From contig OY970320.1 in NCBI GenBank assembly GCA_963716745.1, positions 64,001 to 128,000 of the forward strand: DNA of 64,000 nucleotides, in the 5' to 3' direction. Positions 1-9,889 of the stretch are shown piece after piece. The notes below the pieces were generated by a model. It searched no databases and was not told the origin of the DNA. It saw only the letters and a list, made by a program, of their open reading frames with translations. This DNA comes from an uncultured Gemmatimonadaceae bacterium (GTDB lineage: Bacteria; Gemmatimonadota; Gemmatimonadetes; Gemmatimonadales; Gemmatimonadaceae). The position numbers were made by a program, and so were the translations under genes. The stretch's first letter is position 1; each line of letters starts with the position of its first letter.

Positions 1-1
1 G

Positions 2-640
2 GTGCACAGCGTGGAGGACGCGTGGTATGACCGCGCGGCGGGCGAACTGTTCGTGCATGGCGAACAGCCACTAATGGCGCGGCGCGACCTGCCATTGATC
101 GGCGACCACAATGTGGCGAACGCGCTCGCCGCCGTGCTGGCCGTGATGGACTTCGACGAGGCGTACCGAACGCCCGACGCGCGCCGGCGCATCGCCGATG
201 GCCTGCGTGCGTTCCGCGCACTGCCGCACCGCCTCGAGACCGTCGGCGAATATGGCGGCGTGGTCTGGATCAACGACTCGAAGGCGACGAACGTGAGTTC
301 CGCCCTCGTCGCGATCGAAGGGATGACACGGCCCGCGGTGGTGCTGCTCGGCGGACGGCACAAGGGCGAGCCGTACGCGGCGCTCGTCGAGCCGTTGCGC
401 CGAAAGGCCAAGGCGGTGATCGCGTACGGCGAGGCGGGCGCGCAGATCGCGTACGAGCTCGACTCCGTCGTGCCGGTGGAGCGCATGGGCGCCGATTTCG
501 AGGCGGTGATCGCGCGGGCGCGCGCGCTCGCCGCGCCGGGCGACGCCGTGCTCCTCAGCCCGGCGTGCTCGAGCTACGACATGTTCACGAACTACCTGGA
601 GCGCGGCGCGGCGTTCCGTCGCCTCGCGGCCGGCGCATGA
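2..640 (+). CDS. murD: UDP-N-acetylmuramoyl-L-alanine--D-glutamate ligase, 5'-truncated by window edge
   Basis: Motifs HNVANALAA, LPHRLE, INDSKATN, LLSPACSSYDMF; directly upstream of ftsW. Confidence 0.96.
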   Translation: MHSVEDAWYDRAAGELFVHGEQPLMARRDLPLIGDHNVANALAAVLAVMDFDEAYRTPDARRRIADGLRAFRALPHRLETVGEYGGVVWINDSKATNVSSALVAIEGMTRPAVVLLGGRHKGEPYAALVEPLRRKAKAVIAYGEAGAQIAYELDSVVPVERMGADFEAVIARARALAAPGDAVLLSPACSSYDMFTNYLERGAAFRRLAAGA

Positions 641-1815
641 CCGCGCCCGCGAGACCGCTCGCGCGCGAACGCTGGCGCATGGGCGTCGAGGCGCGCGCGC
701 TCGTGATCGTGAGCGCGGTGCTGCTCGCATTCGGCCTCGCGGTGCTGTACAGCGCGAGCCAGTTCCTGGCCGTGAGCGAGCATCATGGGAGCGCCTACTA
801 TGTTTGGCTGCAGATGAGCGGCGTGGCCATCGGCATCGTCGCGTTCGCGTTCGCGGCGAAGCTCGACGCCGAGCGGTGGCGCGAATGGGCGTGGCCGCTG
901 CTCGGCGTGAGCATCGTGCTGCTTCTCATTCCAGTCATCCCGGGCATCCCGTACATCGCGCCCAAGATCCACGGGTCGCGCCGGTGGATCCGCCTGGGGC
1001 TCACGTTCCAGCCGTCCGAGTTCGCGAAGTTCACTGTGATCGCGTGGACCGCCATGCTCGTGGTGAAGAAGGGTGACGCGTTGCGCCGGTTCACCACGGG
1101 GCTGCTGCCCTTCGTCGTGGTGCTGCTCGTGATGAGCGTGCTCGTGATCCTCGAGCCCGATCTCTCGATGGTGATGACGTTCGTCCTCCTCATGGGCGTG
1201 GTGCTCTTCGCCGGCGGCGTGCGCCTGGGTCACGGCCTGCTCCTCGGCGCGCTCGCGCTGCCGCTCATCTGGAAGCTGGTGGAGCGCGTCCAGTACGCGC
1301 TGCTCCGCATGACCTCGTTCCTCGACCCCGGAAAGGCGCCGACCGAGGCGAGCTATCAGCTCAAGCAGTCGTTGATCGCTGTCGGATCCGGCGGATTCTT
1401 CGGCGTGGGGTTCGGGCAAGGGAAGCAGCAGACCGGATTCCTGCCGTTCCCCTTCAACGATTTCATCGGCAGCAACATCGGCGAGGAGTGGGGATTCCTC
1501 GGCCTCATCGGCGTGACCGCGCTGTTCGCGCTCTATGGCTGGCTGGGCTTTCGCATCGCGAAGCAGGCGCGCACACCGTTCCAGCAGCTGCTGGCGCTCG
1601 GGATGACGTTCTGTACGGTGAGTACCGCGTACCTGCATCTTGGCGTCGTGATCGGACTCCTGCCGACGACCGGGCTCACGCTGCCATTCGTGAGCTACGG
1701 GCGCACGAATCTCGTGCTCACTATTCTCATGACGGGGATCCTCGTGAACATCGGGAGCACGCGCGAACGCGTCGCGCTGCGCGTGCCTACGGACCCGCTC
1801 TCGGTGGCGCGCTGA
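637..1815 (+). CDS. ftsW: SEDS peptidoglycan polymerase FtsW
   Basis: Multi-TM protein with GSRRWI, FQPSEFAK, EPDL, GEEWGF, PTTGLTLPFVSYG; ATG at 637 overlaps murD TGA. Confidence 0.95.
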   Translation: MTAPARPLARERWRMGVEARALVIVSAVLLAFGLAVLYSASQFLAVSEHHGSAYYVWLQMSGVAIGIVAFAFAAKLDAERWREWAWPLLGVSIVLLLIPVIPGIPYIAPKIHGSRRWIRLGLTFQPSEFAKFTVIAWTAMLVVKKGDALRRFTTGLLPFVVVLLVMSVLVILEPDLSMVMTFVLLMGVVLFAGGVRLGHGLLLGALALPLIWKLVERVQYALLRMTSFLDPGKAPTEASYQLKQSLIAVGSGGFFGVGFGQGKQQTGFLPFPFNDFIGSNIGEEWGFLGLIGVTALFALYGWLGFRIAKQARTPFQQLLALGMTFCTVSTAYLHLGVVIGLLPTTGLTLPFVSYGRTNLVLTILMTGILVNIGSTRERVALRVPTDPLSVAR

Positions 1816-2907
1816 TGCGCGTGGTGTTCGCGGGCGGCGGCACGGGCGGGCATCTCGTATCCCGGGCTCGCGATCGCGCGCGCGCTCGTGCGCATTGCGC
1901 CGCAGGCGCGGCCGATGTTCATCGGTGCCCAACGGGGTGTCGAGCGCGATGTGCTCCCCGGTGCCGGCTTCGAGTATCAACTGCTCGATCTGCATCCGCT
2001 CTATCGCACGCAGCCGCTCCAGAATGTGCGCACGATCGGCGGCCTGCTCACATCGTTCGCGGCGCTCACGCGCATCTACTCCGTCGATCGGCCGGCGGTG
2101 GTCGTAGGCACGGGAGGATACGCATCGGGCGCCGCGCTCGGCGTGGCGCTCGCGGCCCGGATCCCGATCGCGCTACAGGAGCAGAACGGCGCCCCGGGGA
2201 TGACCACGAAATGGTTCTCGCAGTATGCGCGCGCGATCTTCCTTGGCGTTCCCGAGGGCGCGACCGGACTCAGAGTGCGCGACATGTCGGTGCTCGTCGA
2301 CACCGGCAACCCCATCGAACCGCCGCCCGTGCCGCGCCCCGATCGCCGCGCGGCGCGCCGCGCGTGGGGATTCGCCGAGAGCGGCGCGCCGGTGCTGCTC
2401 GTCACCGGCGGCAGTCAGGGCGCGCGCGCGATCAACGATGCCATGGCAGGATGGGTCGGACGCGGGCTCCCCGACGCGCTCAATGTGATCTGGGCGACGG
2501 GCAAGACTGACTACGATCGCTACGCAACGCACGCATCGCCGCGCGTCGTGGTGCGCCCCTATCTCTCGCCGATCGCCGACGCCTACGCCGCGGCCGATCT
2601 GGCGCTCACCCGCGCCGGCGCGCTCACGCTCGCCGAACTCTGCGCGTGGGGCATTCCCTCGGTGCTCGTGCCGCTCCCCACCGCCGCCGCCGACCACCAG
2701 ACGGTCAACGCGCGAGCGCACGAGGCCGCCGGCGCGGGCCTCGTGCTCACGCAGGACGAACTCACCGTCGACCGTCTCGCGAATAAAGTGGGCGTGCTCT
2801 CCGCCGACGCGTCGCGCCTCAATGCGCTCGCCGCCGCCGCGCGCGCCCGTGCGCGCCCCGATGCCGCGGCGGACATCGCGCGGCGCATACTCGCCCTCGC
2901 GCGGTAG
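1815..2907 (+). CDS. murG: Undecaprenyl-PP-MurNAc-pentapeptide GlcNAc transferase; apparent +1 frameshift near 1857, probably sequence error
   Basis: MRVVFAGGGTGGHL in one frame continues as YPG...GTGGYAS, EQN, TGNP, GGSQGA, RAGA in the next frame. Confidence 0.93.
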
Positions 2908-2980
2908 GAGACGCACGACTCGTTCCTCCTCACGTACTTGAGAGATTCATCGCGCGAGCGCCGTATATTCGTCGCGCCGA

Positions 2981-4357
2981 ATGTCACTTCTCGATCTCTC
3001 CGATCCGCGCCCCATCCATTTCGTGGGGGCGGCCGGCGCGGGCATGAGCGCGCTGGCCGAGTTGTTCGCCCGCCGCGGCGCCACGGTCACCGGCTGCGAC
3101 GCCGCCGGAGGGAACGCCGACCTCGACCGTCTCGGGATCCCGGTGCACGTGGGCCACGCCGCCGCGCACGCCGAGACGGCGCGCGCGCTCGTCGTCACGT
3201 CGGCGATGCCGCACGATCATCCCGAGCTCGCGCGCGGCCGCGCGCTCGGCATCCCCGTGATCCGCCGCGCCGAGGCGCTCGCCGAGGCGGTGGCGGGGAG
3301 CTACGTGATCGGGATCGCCGGCACGCACGGCAAGACCACCACCACGGTCATGACCACCGTGGCGCTCACCGCCGCGGGACTCGCGCCCACCGGCGTCGCC
3401 GGCGGCCGCGTGGGCGCGTGGCAGGGCAATCTCAGCACCGGCGGCGACGCGCTGTTCGTCGTGGAGGCGGACGAATACGACCGCTCCTTCCTCGCGCTGC
3501 GCTGCGAGATTGCGGTGATCACGAACGTCGAGGCCGATCATCTCGACATCTATCGCGACTTGAGCGACATCCGCGCCGCCTTCGCCGAATTCGCATCGCA
3601 CGCGATCACGCTGGTGCAGTGCGCCGATGATCCCGGCGCGAACGCCGTGCCGGCCGCATCCGGCGCGCAGGTGATCCGCTACGGACTCACGAGTCCGGAT
3701 GCGCGGCTCGTCGCGCGCGACGTGCGCCCGGTGAATGGCGGCACCACGTTCACGCCGGTGTTCGACGGCAAGGTGCTGCCCGACGTGACGCTGCGCGTGC
3801 CCGGTGTGCACAACGTGCTCAACGCGCTCGCGGCGCTCGCCGCCGGACTCGGCCTCGGCGCGGATGCCGCGGGCATGATCGCGGGGCTCGGGACGTTCAC
3901 CGGCGTCGAGCGCCGCTTCCAGCGCCTCGGCGACGCGCGCGGCGTCACGATCGTGGACGACTACGCGCATCATCCCACGGAGATCCGCGCCACGCTCGCA
4001 GCGGCGCGCGCGGCGTTCCCGGGACGCCGGCTCGTCGCCGCGTTCCAGCCGCATCTCTTCACGCGCACGCGCGATTTCGCCGCCGAGTTCGGCGCGGCGC
4101 TCGCGACCGCCGATCTCATCTTCCTCACCGAGATCTATCCGGCGCGCGAGCAGCCACTGCCGGGCGTGAGTTCGGAATTGATCGTGCGCGCGCTGCGCGA
4201 TGCCGGCGCGCCGCTCGCCTGGCGCGGCGACCGCAAGCAGCTCGCCGCGGCGCTCGGTGCCGCCGTGCGCGAGGGCGACGTGGTGATCACGCTCGGCGCG
4301 GGCGACATCACGCACACGGGGCCCGAATTGCTCGCACAGCTCGAGGCGGCGGCCTGA
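2981..4357 (+). CDS. murC: UDP-N-acetylmuramate--L-alanine ligase
   Basis: IHFVGAAGAGMSALA, AGTHGKTTTT, EADEYD, DDYAHHPTEI, FQPH. Confidence 0.97.
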   Translation: MSLLDLSDPRPIHFVGAAGAGMSALAELFARRGATVTGCDAAGGNADLDRLGIPVHVGHAAAHAETARALVVTSAMPHDHPELARGRALGIPVIRRAEALAEAVAGSYVIGIAGTHGKTTTTVMTTVALTAAGLAPTGVAGGRVGAWQGNLSTGGDALFVVEADEYDRSFLALRCEIAVITNVEADHLDIYRDLSDIRAAFAEFASHAITLVQCADDPGANAVPAASGAQVIRYGLTSPDARLVARDVRPVNGGTTFTPVFDGKVLPDVTLRVPGVHNVLNALAALAAGLGLGADAAGMIAGLGTFTGVERRFQRLGDARGVTIVDDYAHHPTEIRATLAAARAAFPGRRLVAAFQPHLFTRTRDFAAEFGAALATADLIFLTEIYPAREQPLPGVSSELIVRALRDAGAPLAWRGDRKQLAAALGAAVREGDVVITLGAGDITHTGPELLAQLEAAA

Positions 4358-5061
4358 TGGCGCGGGCGGCGGACGAGAAGCGTCCGTTCCCGTGGCGCGC
4401 GGCGGCCGCCGCGGCGCTCGCCGTCGTGCTCTTCCTGGCGCCGTGGTGGTCGCCGCCGCTGCTCGCGCACCTCGCGTTCTTCCGGGTGCGGCGGGTGGAA
4501 GTGAACGGCACGCATTACATTCAAGCCGATGACATCTACCGGCGTCTCCGGCTCGACAGCACCGCCAGCGTGTGGGATGACACCCGCCCGCTCGAGCGGC
4601 GGCTCGCGTCGCTCGCCGGCGTGCGCAGCGTGACGATCTCGCGCAAACTCCCGGCCACGCTCGTCGTGCAGGTGACCGAGCGCTCGCCCGTCGCGTTCGT
4701 GCCCTCGGCATCGGGGCTCCGCGCGGCGGATGGCGAGGGCAACCTCCTGCCGCTCGATCCGAGCCGCGTCGCGGTGGACCTGCCCGTGCTCGAGCGGCTC
4801 GACACTGCGCTCGTGAAGCTCCTCGCCGACGTTCGCAGCCAGAGCCCGGCGCTCTTCGACCAGATCAGTTCGGCGCGCCGCGCGTCGCCGGGCGAGATCA
4901 CGCTCGCCGTGAGCGGCGTGGTCGTGCGTGCGAAACCGAACATCTCCGCCAGCCGTCTAGCCGATATCATTCCCGTCGAGCAGGATCTCGCGCGCCGCGG
5001 CGCGCATCCGGCCGAGCTCGATCTCCGTTTCCGTGACCAGGTCATAGCCAAACTGCAATGA
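4357..5061 (+). CDS. ftsQ: Cell division protein FtsQ/DivIB
   Basis: N-terminal TM helix, POTRA-like region, C-terminal LDLRFRDQVI; lies between murC and ftsA. Confidence 0.9.
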   Translation: MARAADEKRPFPWRAAAAAALAVVLFLAPWWSPPLLAHLAFFRVRRVEVNGTHYIQADDIYRRLRLDSTASVWDDTRPLERRLASLAGVRSVTISRKLPATLVVQVTERSPVAFVPSASGLRAADGEGNLLPLDPSRVAVDLPVLERLDTALVKLLADVRSQSPALFDQISSARRASPGEITLAVSGVVVRAKPNISASRLADIIPVEQDLARRGAHPAELDLRFRDQVIAKLQ

Positions 5062-6323
5062 ATCCTGAACGCTTGGTCGCCGGACTCGACATCGGCTCCG
5101 CGAAGACGACGGCGATCATCGCCGAGGTGGTCGGCGACATGCCGAAGCATCCGAAGGTCCGCGTGCTGGGCGTCGGCTCGGCGCGCACCGCCGGCCTGCG
5201 CAAAGGCGTCGTGTCGGATATCGAGGAGACGACGCGCTCGATCCAGCAGGCGATGACCGACGCCGAGCGGATGGCGGGCGTCGAGGTGGAATTCGTGTAC
5301 GCCGGCATCGCGGGCGAGCACGTGCAGGCGATGACGAGCCAGGGCGTCGTCGCCGTGAACGGCGAGGAGGTCACGCGCGCCGATGTCGAGCGCGCGCACG
5401 AGGTGGCGCGCGCGCAGCCGATCCCCACCGATCGCGAATTGCTCCACGCGATGCCGCAGGAATACCAGGTCGACAAAGAGAAGGGGATCCGCGATCCGGT
5501 GGGCATGATCGGGATGCGTCTCGAGACCGACATGTACCTCGTCACGATCGGCGTGTCGCCGGCGATGAACCTGCGCAAGGCGGTGGAGCGCGCCGGCTAT
5601 CGCGTGCGCGAGCTCGTGCTCGAGCCGCTCGCGAGCGCGTTCGCGGTGCTCACCGATGACGAGAAGGAACTCGGCGTGGCGCTCGTGGAGATGGGCGCCG
5701 GCACCACGGATCTCGCGATCTTCCAGGATGGAAAGATCCGCTTCCTCGGCACCGTCGCCTTCGGCGGCAACAGCGTGACGAACGACATCGTGCATGGACT
5801 GGGCGTGACGCAGACCGACGCCGAGCGCCTCAAGGAGAAATTCGGCTGCGCCTACGAGCCCAAGTGGGCGCATTCGCCGGAGATCATCCAGTTGCCGAGC
5901 ACCGGCGCGCAGGGCGACCGCCAGATCAAGCGCGAACTGCTCGCGCACATCATCCACCAGCGCATGGACGAGATCTTCGAGCTGGTGGACGCGAAGATCG
6001 CGCAGGCGGGATACGCCGGGAAATTGAGCGCGGGCATCGTGCTCACGGGTGGCGCGGCCGCGATCGATGGCGTGACCGATCTCGCGAGCGACCGTTTCGG
6101 CGTGGGGGCGCGCGTCGGTTCGCCGGCGGACAACGTGGGCGGACTCGCGGATTCCGTGGAGGAGCCTCGCTATGGCACCGTGGTTGGGCTCGCGCTCTAC
6201 GCCGGCCAGCGGATGGCCCAGGGCGTGACAGGCAGCGCCGGCGGCAGCCGCCGCGGCCGAGGCGGAGGCAGCATGAACGGCCTGGTAGAGCGGATCAAGG
6301 TCTGGCTCCAGGACTTTTTTTAG
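5058..6323 (+). CDS. ftsA: Cell division protein FtsA
   Basis: GLDIGSAK, MGAGTTD, GIVLTGG, C-terminal amphipathic helix (IKVWLQDFF). Confidence 0.97.
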   Translation: MNPERLVAGLDIGSAKTTAIIAEVVGDMPKHPKVRVLGVGSARTAGLRKGVVSDIEETTRSIQQAMTDAERMAGVEVEFVYAGIAGEHVQAMTSQGVVAVNGEEVTRADVERAHEVARAQPIPTDRELLHAMPQEYQVDKEKGIRDPVGMIGMRLETDMYLVTIGVSPAMNLRKAVERAGYRVRELVLEPLASAFAVLTDDEKELGVALVEMGAGTTDLAIFQDGKIRFLGTVAFGGNSVTNDIVHGLGVTQTDAERLKEKFGCAYEPKWAHSPEIIQLPSTGAQGDRQIKRELLAHIIHQRMDEIFELVDAKIAQAGYAGKLSAGIVLTGGAAAIDGVTDLASDRFGVGARVGSPADNVGGLADSVEEPRYGTVVGLALYAGQRMAQGVTGSAGGSRRGRGGGSMNGLVERIKVWLQDFF

Positions 6324-6376
6324 CCGCCGACAGTCTGTCGCTGTTGCAGCCTCACGTCCTTGCCGCGAAACACATG

Positions 6377-6581
6377 AATCACGGTTCATGTTTAACGGGA
6401 TGCGGCGGATGACAACGCGGATCGATCCCCTGTAAGAACGACGCCCCCGCGCCGAGCACGGTTTCTGTTTTTGTAGTTAACAACAGAATCACTAACGATT
6501 CGAGTTCCAGGAGGCGTCGCCGGCACGCGGAGTCGATCCGCGTTGTCATCCGCCGCATCCCCTTAAACATGAACCGTGATT
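6377..6581. repeat. Long inverted-repeat element: 49-bp arms around a 107-bp spacer (MITE/REP-like)
   Basis: 6377-6425 is the reverse complement of 6533-6581 with one mismatch; the spacer has further complementary segments (GACGCC/GGCGTC, TTCTGTT/AACAGAA). Confidence 0.9.
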
Positions 6582-6644
6582 TCCGCCTGGGCGCCCCAGC
6601 CTAGGCTGGCGCACGGGCCCAGCCCCGAAATGGCCCTCCCAGAG

Positions 6645-6801
6645 CTATCCACCCCTTTCCACCCCGAGTTATCCACAATTAAGAATTTTGTCCACGGAGG
6701 GTGGCTTGCGCGGCGGAAAGCATTATATTACCGGAGGTTCAGGCTCGAGCCAGTAGACGCCGTAAGCGGTCTTGGCACATAGGCCGCTCAGGTTTTCCAC
6801 T
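6645..6801 (+). promoter_or_regulatory. Cluster of DnaA-box-like 9-mers upstream of ftsZ
   Basis: Perfect TTATCCACA at 6669-6677; co-oriented variants CTATCCACC 6645-6653, CTTTCCACC 6655-6663, TTGTCCACG 6688-6696, TTTTCCACT 6793-6801. Confidence 0.65.
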
Positions 6802-6819
6802 TCCGGAGCTCTCCTCGCC

Positions 6820-8025
6820 ATGCCCTTCGAGTTCGAAGAGAACACCTCGCAAAGCGCCCGCATGAAGGTGGTGGGTGTCGGTGGCGGCGGCGGCAATGCC
6901 GTGAACCGGATGATCGAGGAACATCTCAGCGGCGTCGAGTTCATCTCCGTCAACACCGACGCGCAGGCGCTGCTCGCATTGAAGTCTGATGTGAAACTCC
7001 AGATCGGCAAGAAGCTCACGCGCGGTCTCGGCGCCGGCGCGCGGCCCGAGATCGGCCGCCAGGCGATCGAAGAGAATCGCGAAGAGGTCGAGCGGATCCT
7101 CCAGGACGCCGACCTCGTTTTCGTCACGTGCGGCATGGGCGGCGGCACCGGCACCGGCGCGGCGCCCGTGATCTGCGAGATCGCGAAATCCTGCGGCGCG
7201 CTCACCATCGGCATCGTCACCAAACCGTTCCTCTTCGAGGGACGGAAGCGGATGCGTCAGGCCGAAATGGGCATCGCCGACATGCGCGGACTCGTGGACG
7301 CGATGATCGTCGTGCCGAACGAGCGCTTGCTCGCCGTGGTCGGGAAGGGGATCCCGATCGGCGACGCGCTCAAGAAGGCCGACGAAGTGCTGCTGCACGC
7401 GACGCAGGGCATCTCGAGCCTCATCAGCGTCATCGGTCTCGTGAACGTCGACTTCGCCGATGTGCGCACGGTCATGGCCAACGGCGGCTCCGCGCTCATG
7501 GGCACGGGCATCGGCCGCGGCGAGAATCGCGCGATGGAAGCGGCGCAGCAGGCGATCTCGTCGCCGTTGCTCGACAACGTGTCGATCGCGGGCGCCACCG
7601 GCGTGCTCGTGAACATCACCGGCGGCACCGATCTCACGCTCGGCGAAGTGCACCAGGTGAACGAGATCATCCACGATGCCGTGGGCGACGACGCCGAGAT
7701 CATCTTCGGTGCGGTGAACGAACCGGCGATGCAGGGCGAGATCCGCGTGACGGTGATCGCCACCGGCTTCGACCGCTCCTTCGACTCTGCGGCGCCCGAC
7801 TCGTCGGCGCGCGGCGGACAGACGCCGGTGATCCCGTTCCCGCGCCCCGCGACGCGCACCGGCACCATGGGCGCGGCGGGTATGCCCAGCGCGCGGCCGT
7901 CGGTCGAGCCGCAGCGCCGCACGGGTACCGGTCCGAGTGCGCCCAGTTCGCTCTCGTCGCCGGACAAGGCGACGGATGTGAACGACATGGAGATCCCGAC
8001 GTTCATTCGCCGGCAGATGGACTGA
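6820..8025 (+). CDS. ftsZ: Cell division protein FtsZ
   Basis: [21 protein letters not shown] tubulin signature, NVDFADV, C-terminal [12 protein letters not shown]. Confidence 0.98.
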   Translation: MPFEFEENTSQSARMKVVGVGGGGGNAVNRMIEEHLSGVEFISVNTDAQALLALKSDVKLQIGKKLTRGLGAGARPEIGRQAIEENREEVERILQDADLVFVTCGMGGGTGTGAAPVICEIAKSCGALTIGIVTKPFLFEGRKRMRQAEMGIADMRGLVDAMIVVPNERLLAVVGKGIPIGDALKKADEVLLHATQGISSLISVIGLVNVDFADVRTVMANGGSALMGTGIGRGENRAMEAAQQAISSPLLDNVSIAGATGVLVNITGGTDLTLGEVHQVNEIIHDAVGDDAEIIFGAVNEPAMQGEIRVTVIATGFDRSFDSAAPDSSARGGQTPVIPFPRPATRTGTMGAAGMPSARPSVEPQRRTGTGPSAPSSLSSPDKATDVNDMEIPTFIRRQMD

Positions 8026-8078
8026 GCTTCACGCGCCGGCCGGGAACGGCCGCCGCGCCCGAAGGGTAGCTTCTCCCC

Positions 8079-9869
8079 ATGCTCGTCTGGGCCCTTTCCG
8101 CGATCGCGGGCGTCGCGCTCGCGCTCTTCTCGTATCGAGGGCGCATCGCGCCGCCGGTCGTCTTACGCGCGCTCGCGCTCACACTCGTGATCGCGCTCGC
8201 GGCCGGCGCACCTGCGCGTCCGCCGCGGCCACCCGCGCCGCTCGTCGCGCTCGACGTGTCGTCGAGCATGCGGCGCGGCGGCGACAGCGCGCTCTGGCGC
8301 GCGGCGCTCGCTCGCGTGAAAGCACTCGCCCCGGACACGCTCTGGCTCTTCGGCGATTCGTCGCGCGCCGGCAGTGCGCTCGCCGTGCCGTCGGATGCAT
8401 TGACGCGCGCGCTCGGCGTCGTCGACCGCGCACGCGCTGCCGGCCGGCCCGTGGTGCTCATTTCCGATGGCGAGGTGGACGACGCGGCGCAGCTCGGCGC
8501 ACTGCCGGCCGGCTCACGCGTGGAGCTGATCGCGCGAGCCCCGCTCCGCGACGCGGCGGTGACGGAGATCGAAGCGCCATCCCGCGCGGTGGCGGGCGAT
8601 ACGATCGCGATGCGGATCACGGTGCGCACCGCCGCGGGCGCGGTGCCGCACGCCGTGCTAAGCGTGCGTGCCGGAAGCCGCCTGCTCGTCGATGCGGTTG
8701 TGGACTCGATGGGAGCCGACGCGGAGCGGGTGATCGCGGTGCGCGTGGCCGTCCCCACGGTGCCCGGCGCCGCGCTGCTCACGGCGTCCATCGCCGCGCC
8801 GGGCGACGCCGAGGCGCGCAACGACAGCGCAAGCGTCACGCTCGAGGTGGCGCGCGCAGAGGGCGCCGTGTTCGTCTCGTCTGCGCCCGATGAGGAGATC
8901 CGTTATCTCGTGCCGGTGTTGCGCGGTGCGCTCGCGCTTCCGGCGCGCGGCTTCTATCGCGTGGCGCCGGGCGCGTGGCGGCGCGAAGGCACGCTCGCGC
9001 CGGTGCCCGAGAGTGAGGTGCGCGCGGCGCTGCGCGCGGCGCCGCTCGCGATCGTCCACGGCGACACCGCGATCCTGGGCGCGCCGCGCGTCGCGGCGTC
9101 GGGAGCGCTGCTACTCATGCCCGAGGGGAATCCCGTGCCGGGCGAGTGGTACGTGTCGGCCGCGCCGGCATCGCCGGTCGCGGCGGCGCTCGCCGGCGTG
9201 CCATGGGACAGCGTGCCTCCACTCGCGGTGCCCGACGTCGCGCCCGATGGCGAATGGGTGGCGCTCGCCGTCGCGCGCGCGCGTCGGTACGATCCGCGAG
9301 CGGCGATCGCGGGATCGGATCGTTCACGGCGCGTGGTGATCGCCGCCGCGATGGGCAGTTGGCGCTGGAAGTTCCGCGGCGGCGCGAGTGCGGCGGCGTA
9401 TGACGCGCTGTGGGGCGGTATAGTGGATTGGCTGGCAGCGGAACGCCGCGATCCGCGCGCCGCGGCGCCCGTAAGCGGACTCCTGCGCGCGGGCGAGCCG
9501 GTGCGGTGGCGGCGCGGCGGCAGCACGAGATCGCCCGAGGTGACCGTCGTCGCGAAGCGCCGCGGTGCGACGCGCGCCGATACGCTCGTGCTCCACTTCG
9601 CTCCGGATGCGATCTTCGCCGAGAGTGCGCCGATGGAGCCGGGCGTATACGACCTCACGGTGCCTGGGGGCGCGGCCGTGCTGGCGGTGAACGCGTCGCG
9701 CGAATGGCTGCCTCGCACCTCCGTGTTGCTTGCGGGTACAACCGTGCCGGGTGACTCGCCATTGCACGGCGATGCGCCACCGCTGCGCGACCGGGGATGG
9801 CCATATCTTCTGGCGATCGCCGCGCTGTGTTCCGAATGGATCCTCCGGCGGCGTGCCGGGCTGCGTTGA
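8079..9869 (+). CDS. Membrane-anchored protein with vWA/MIDAS-like and Ig-like (CARDB-like) regions
   Basis: N-terminal TM helices, LDVSSSM and VLISDG MIDAS-like motifs, C-terminal TM ending EWILRRRAGL. Confidence 0.65.
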   Translation: MLVWALSAIAGVALALFSYRGRIAPPVVLRALALTLVIALAAGAPARPPRPPAPLVALDVSSSMRRGGDSALWRAALARVKALAPDTLWLFGDSSRAGSALAVPSDALTRALGVVDRARAAGRPVVLISDGEVDDAAQLGALPAGSRVELIARAPLRDAAVTEIEAPSRAVAGDTIAMRITVRTAAGAVPHAVLSVRAGSRLLVDAVVDSMGADAERVIAVRVAVPTVPGAALLTASIAAPGDAEARNDSASVTLEVARAEGAVFVSSAPDEEIRYLVPVLRGALALPARGFYRVAPGAWRREGTLAPVPESEVRAALRAAPLAIVHGDTAILGAPRVAASGALLLMPEGNPVPGEWYVSAAPASPVAAALAGVPWDSVPPLAVPDVAPDGEWVALAVARARRYDPRAAIAGSDRSRRVVIAAAMGSWRWKFRGGASAAAYDALWGGIVDWLAAERRDPRAAAPVSGLLRAGEPVRWRRGGSTRSPEVTVVAKRRGATRADTLVLHFAPDAIFAESAPMEPGVYDLTVPGGAAVLAVNASREWLPRTSVLLAGTTVPGDSPLHGDAPPLRDRGWPYLLAIAALCSEWILRRRAGLR

Positions 9870-9889
9870 CCCTCACCCGCTCACCCCAA

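Noticed and set aside
6324..6819. oriC between ftsA and ftsZ
   Set aside because: DnaA boxes are present, but there is no dnaA/dnaN nearby, no gene-strand switch across the site and no clear DnaA-trio run. A regulatory role is more likely; GC skew is needed to exclude oriC fully.
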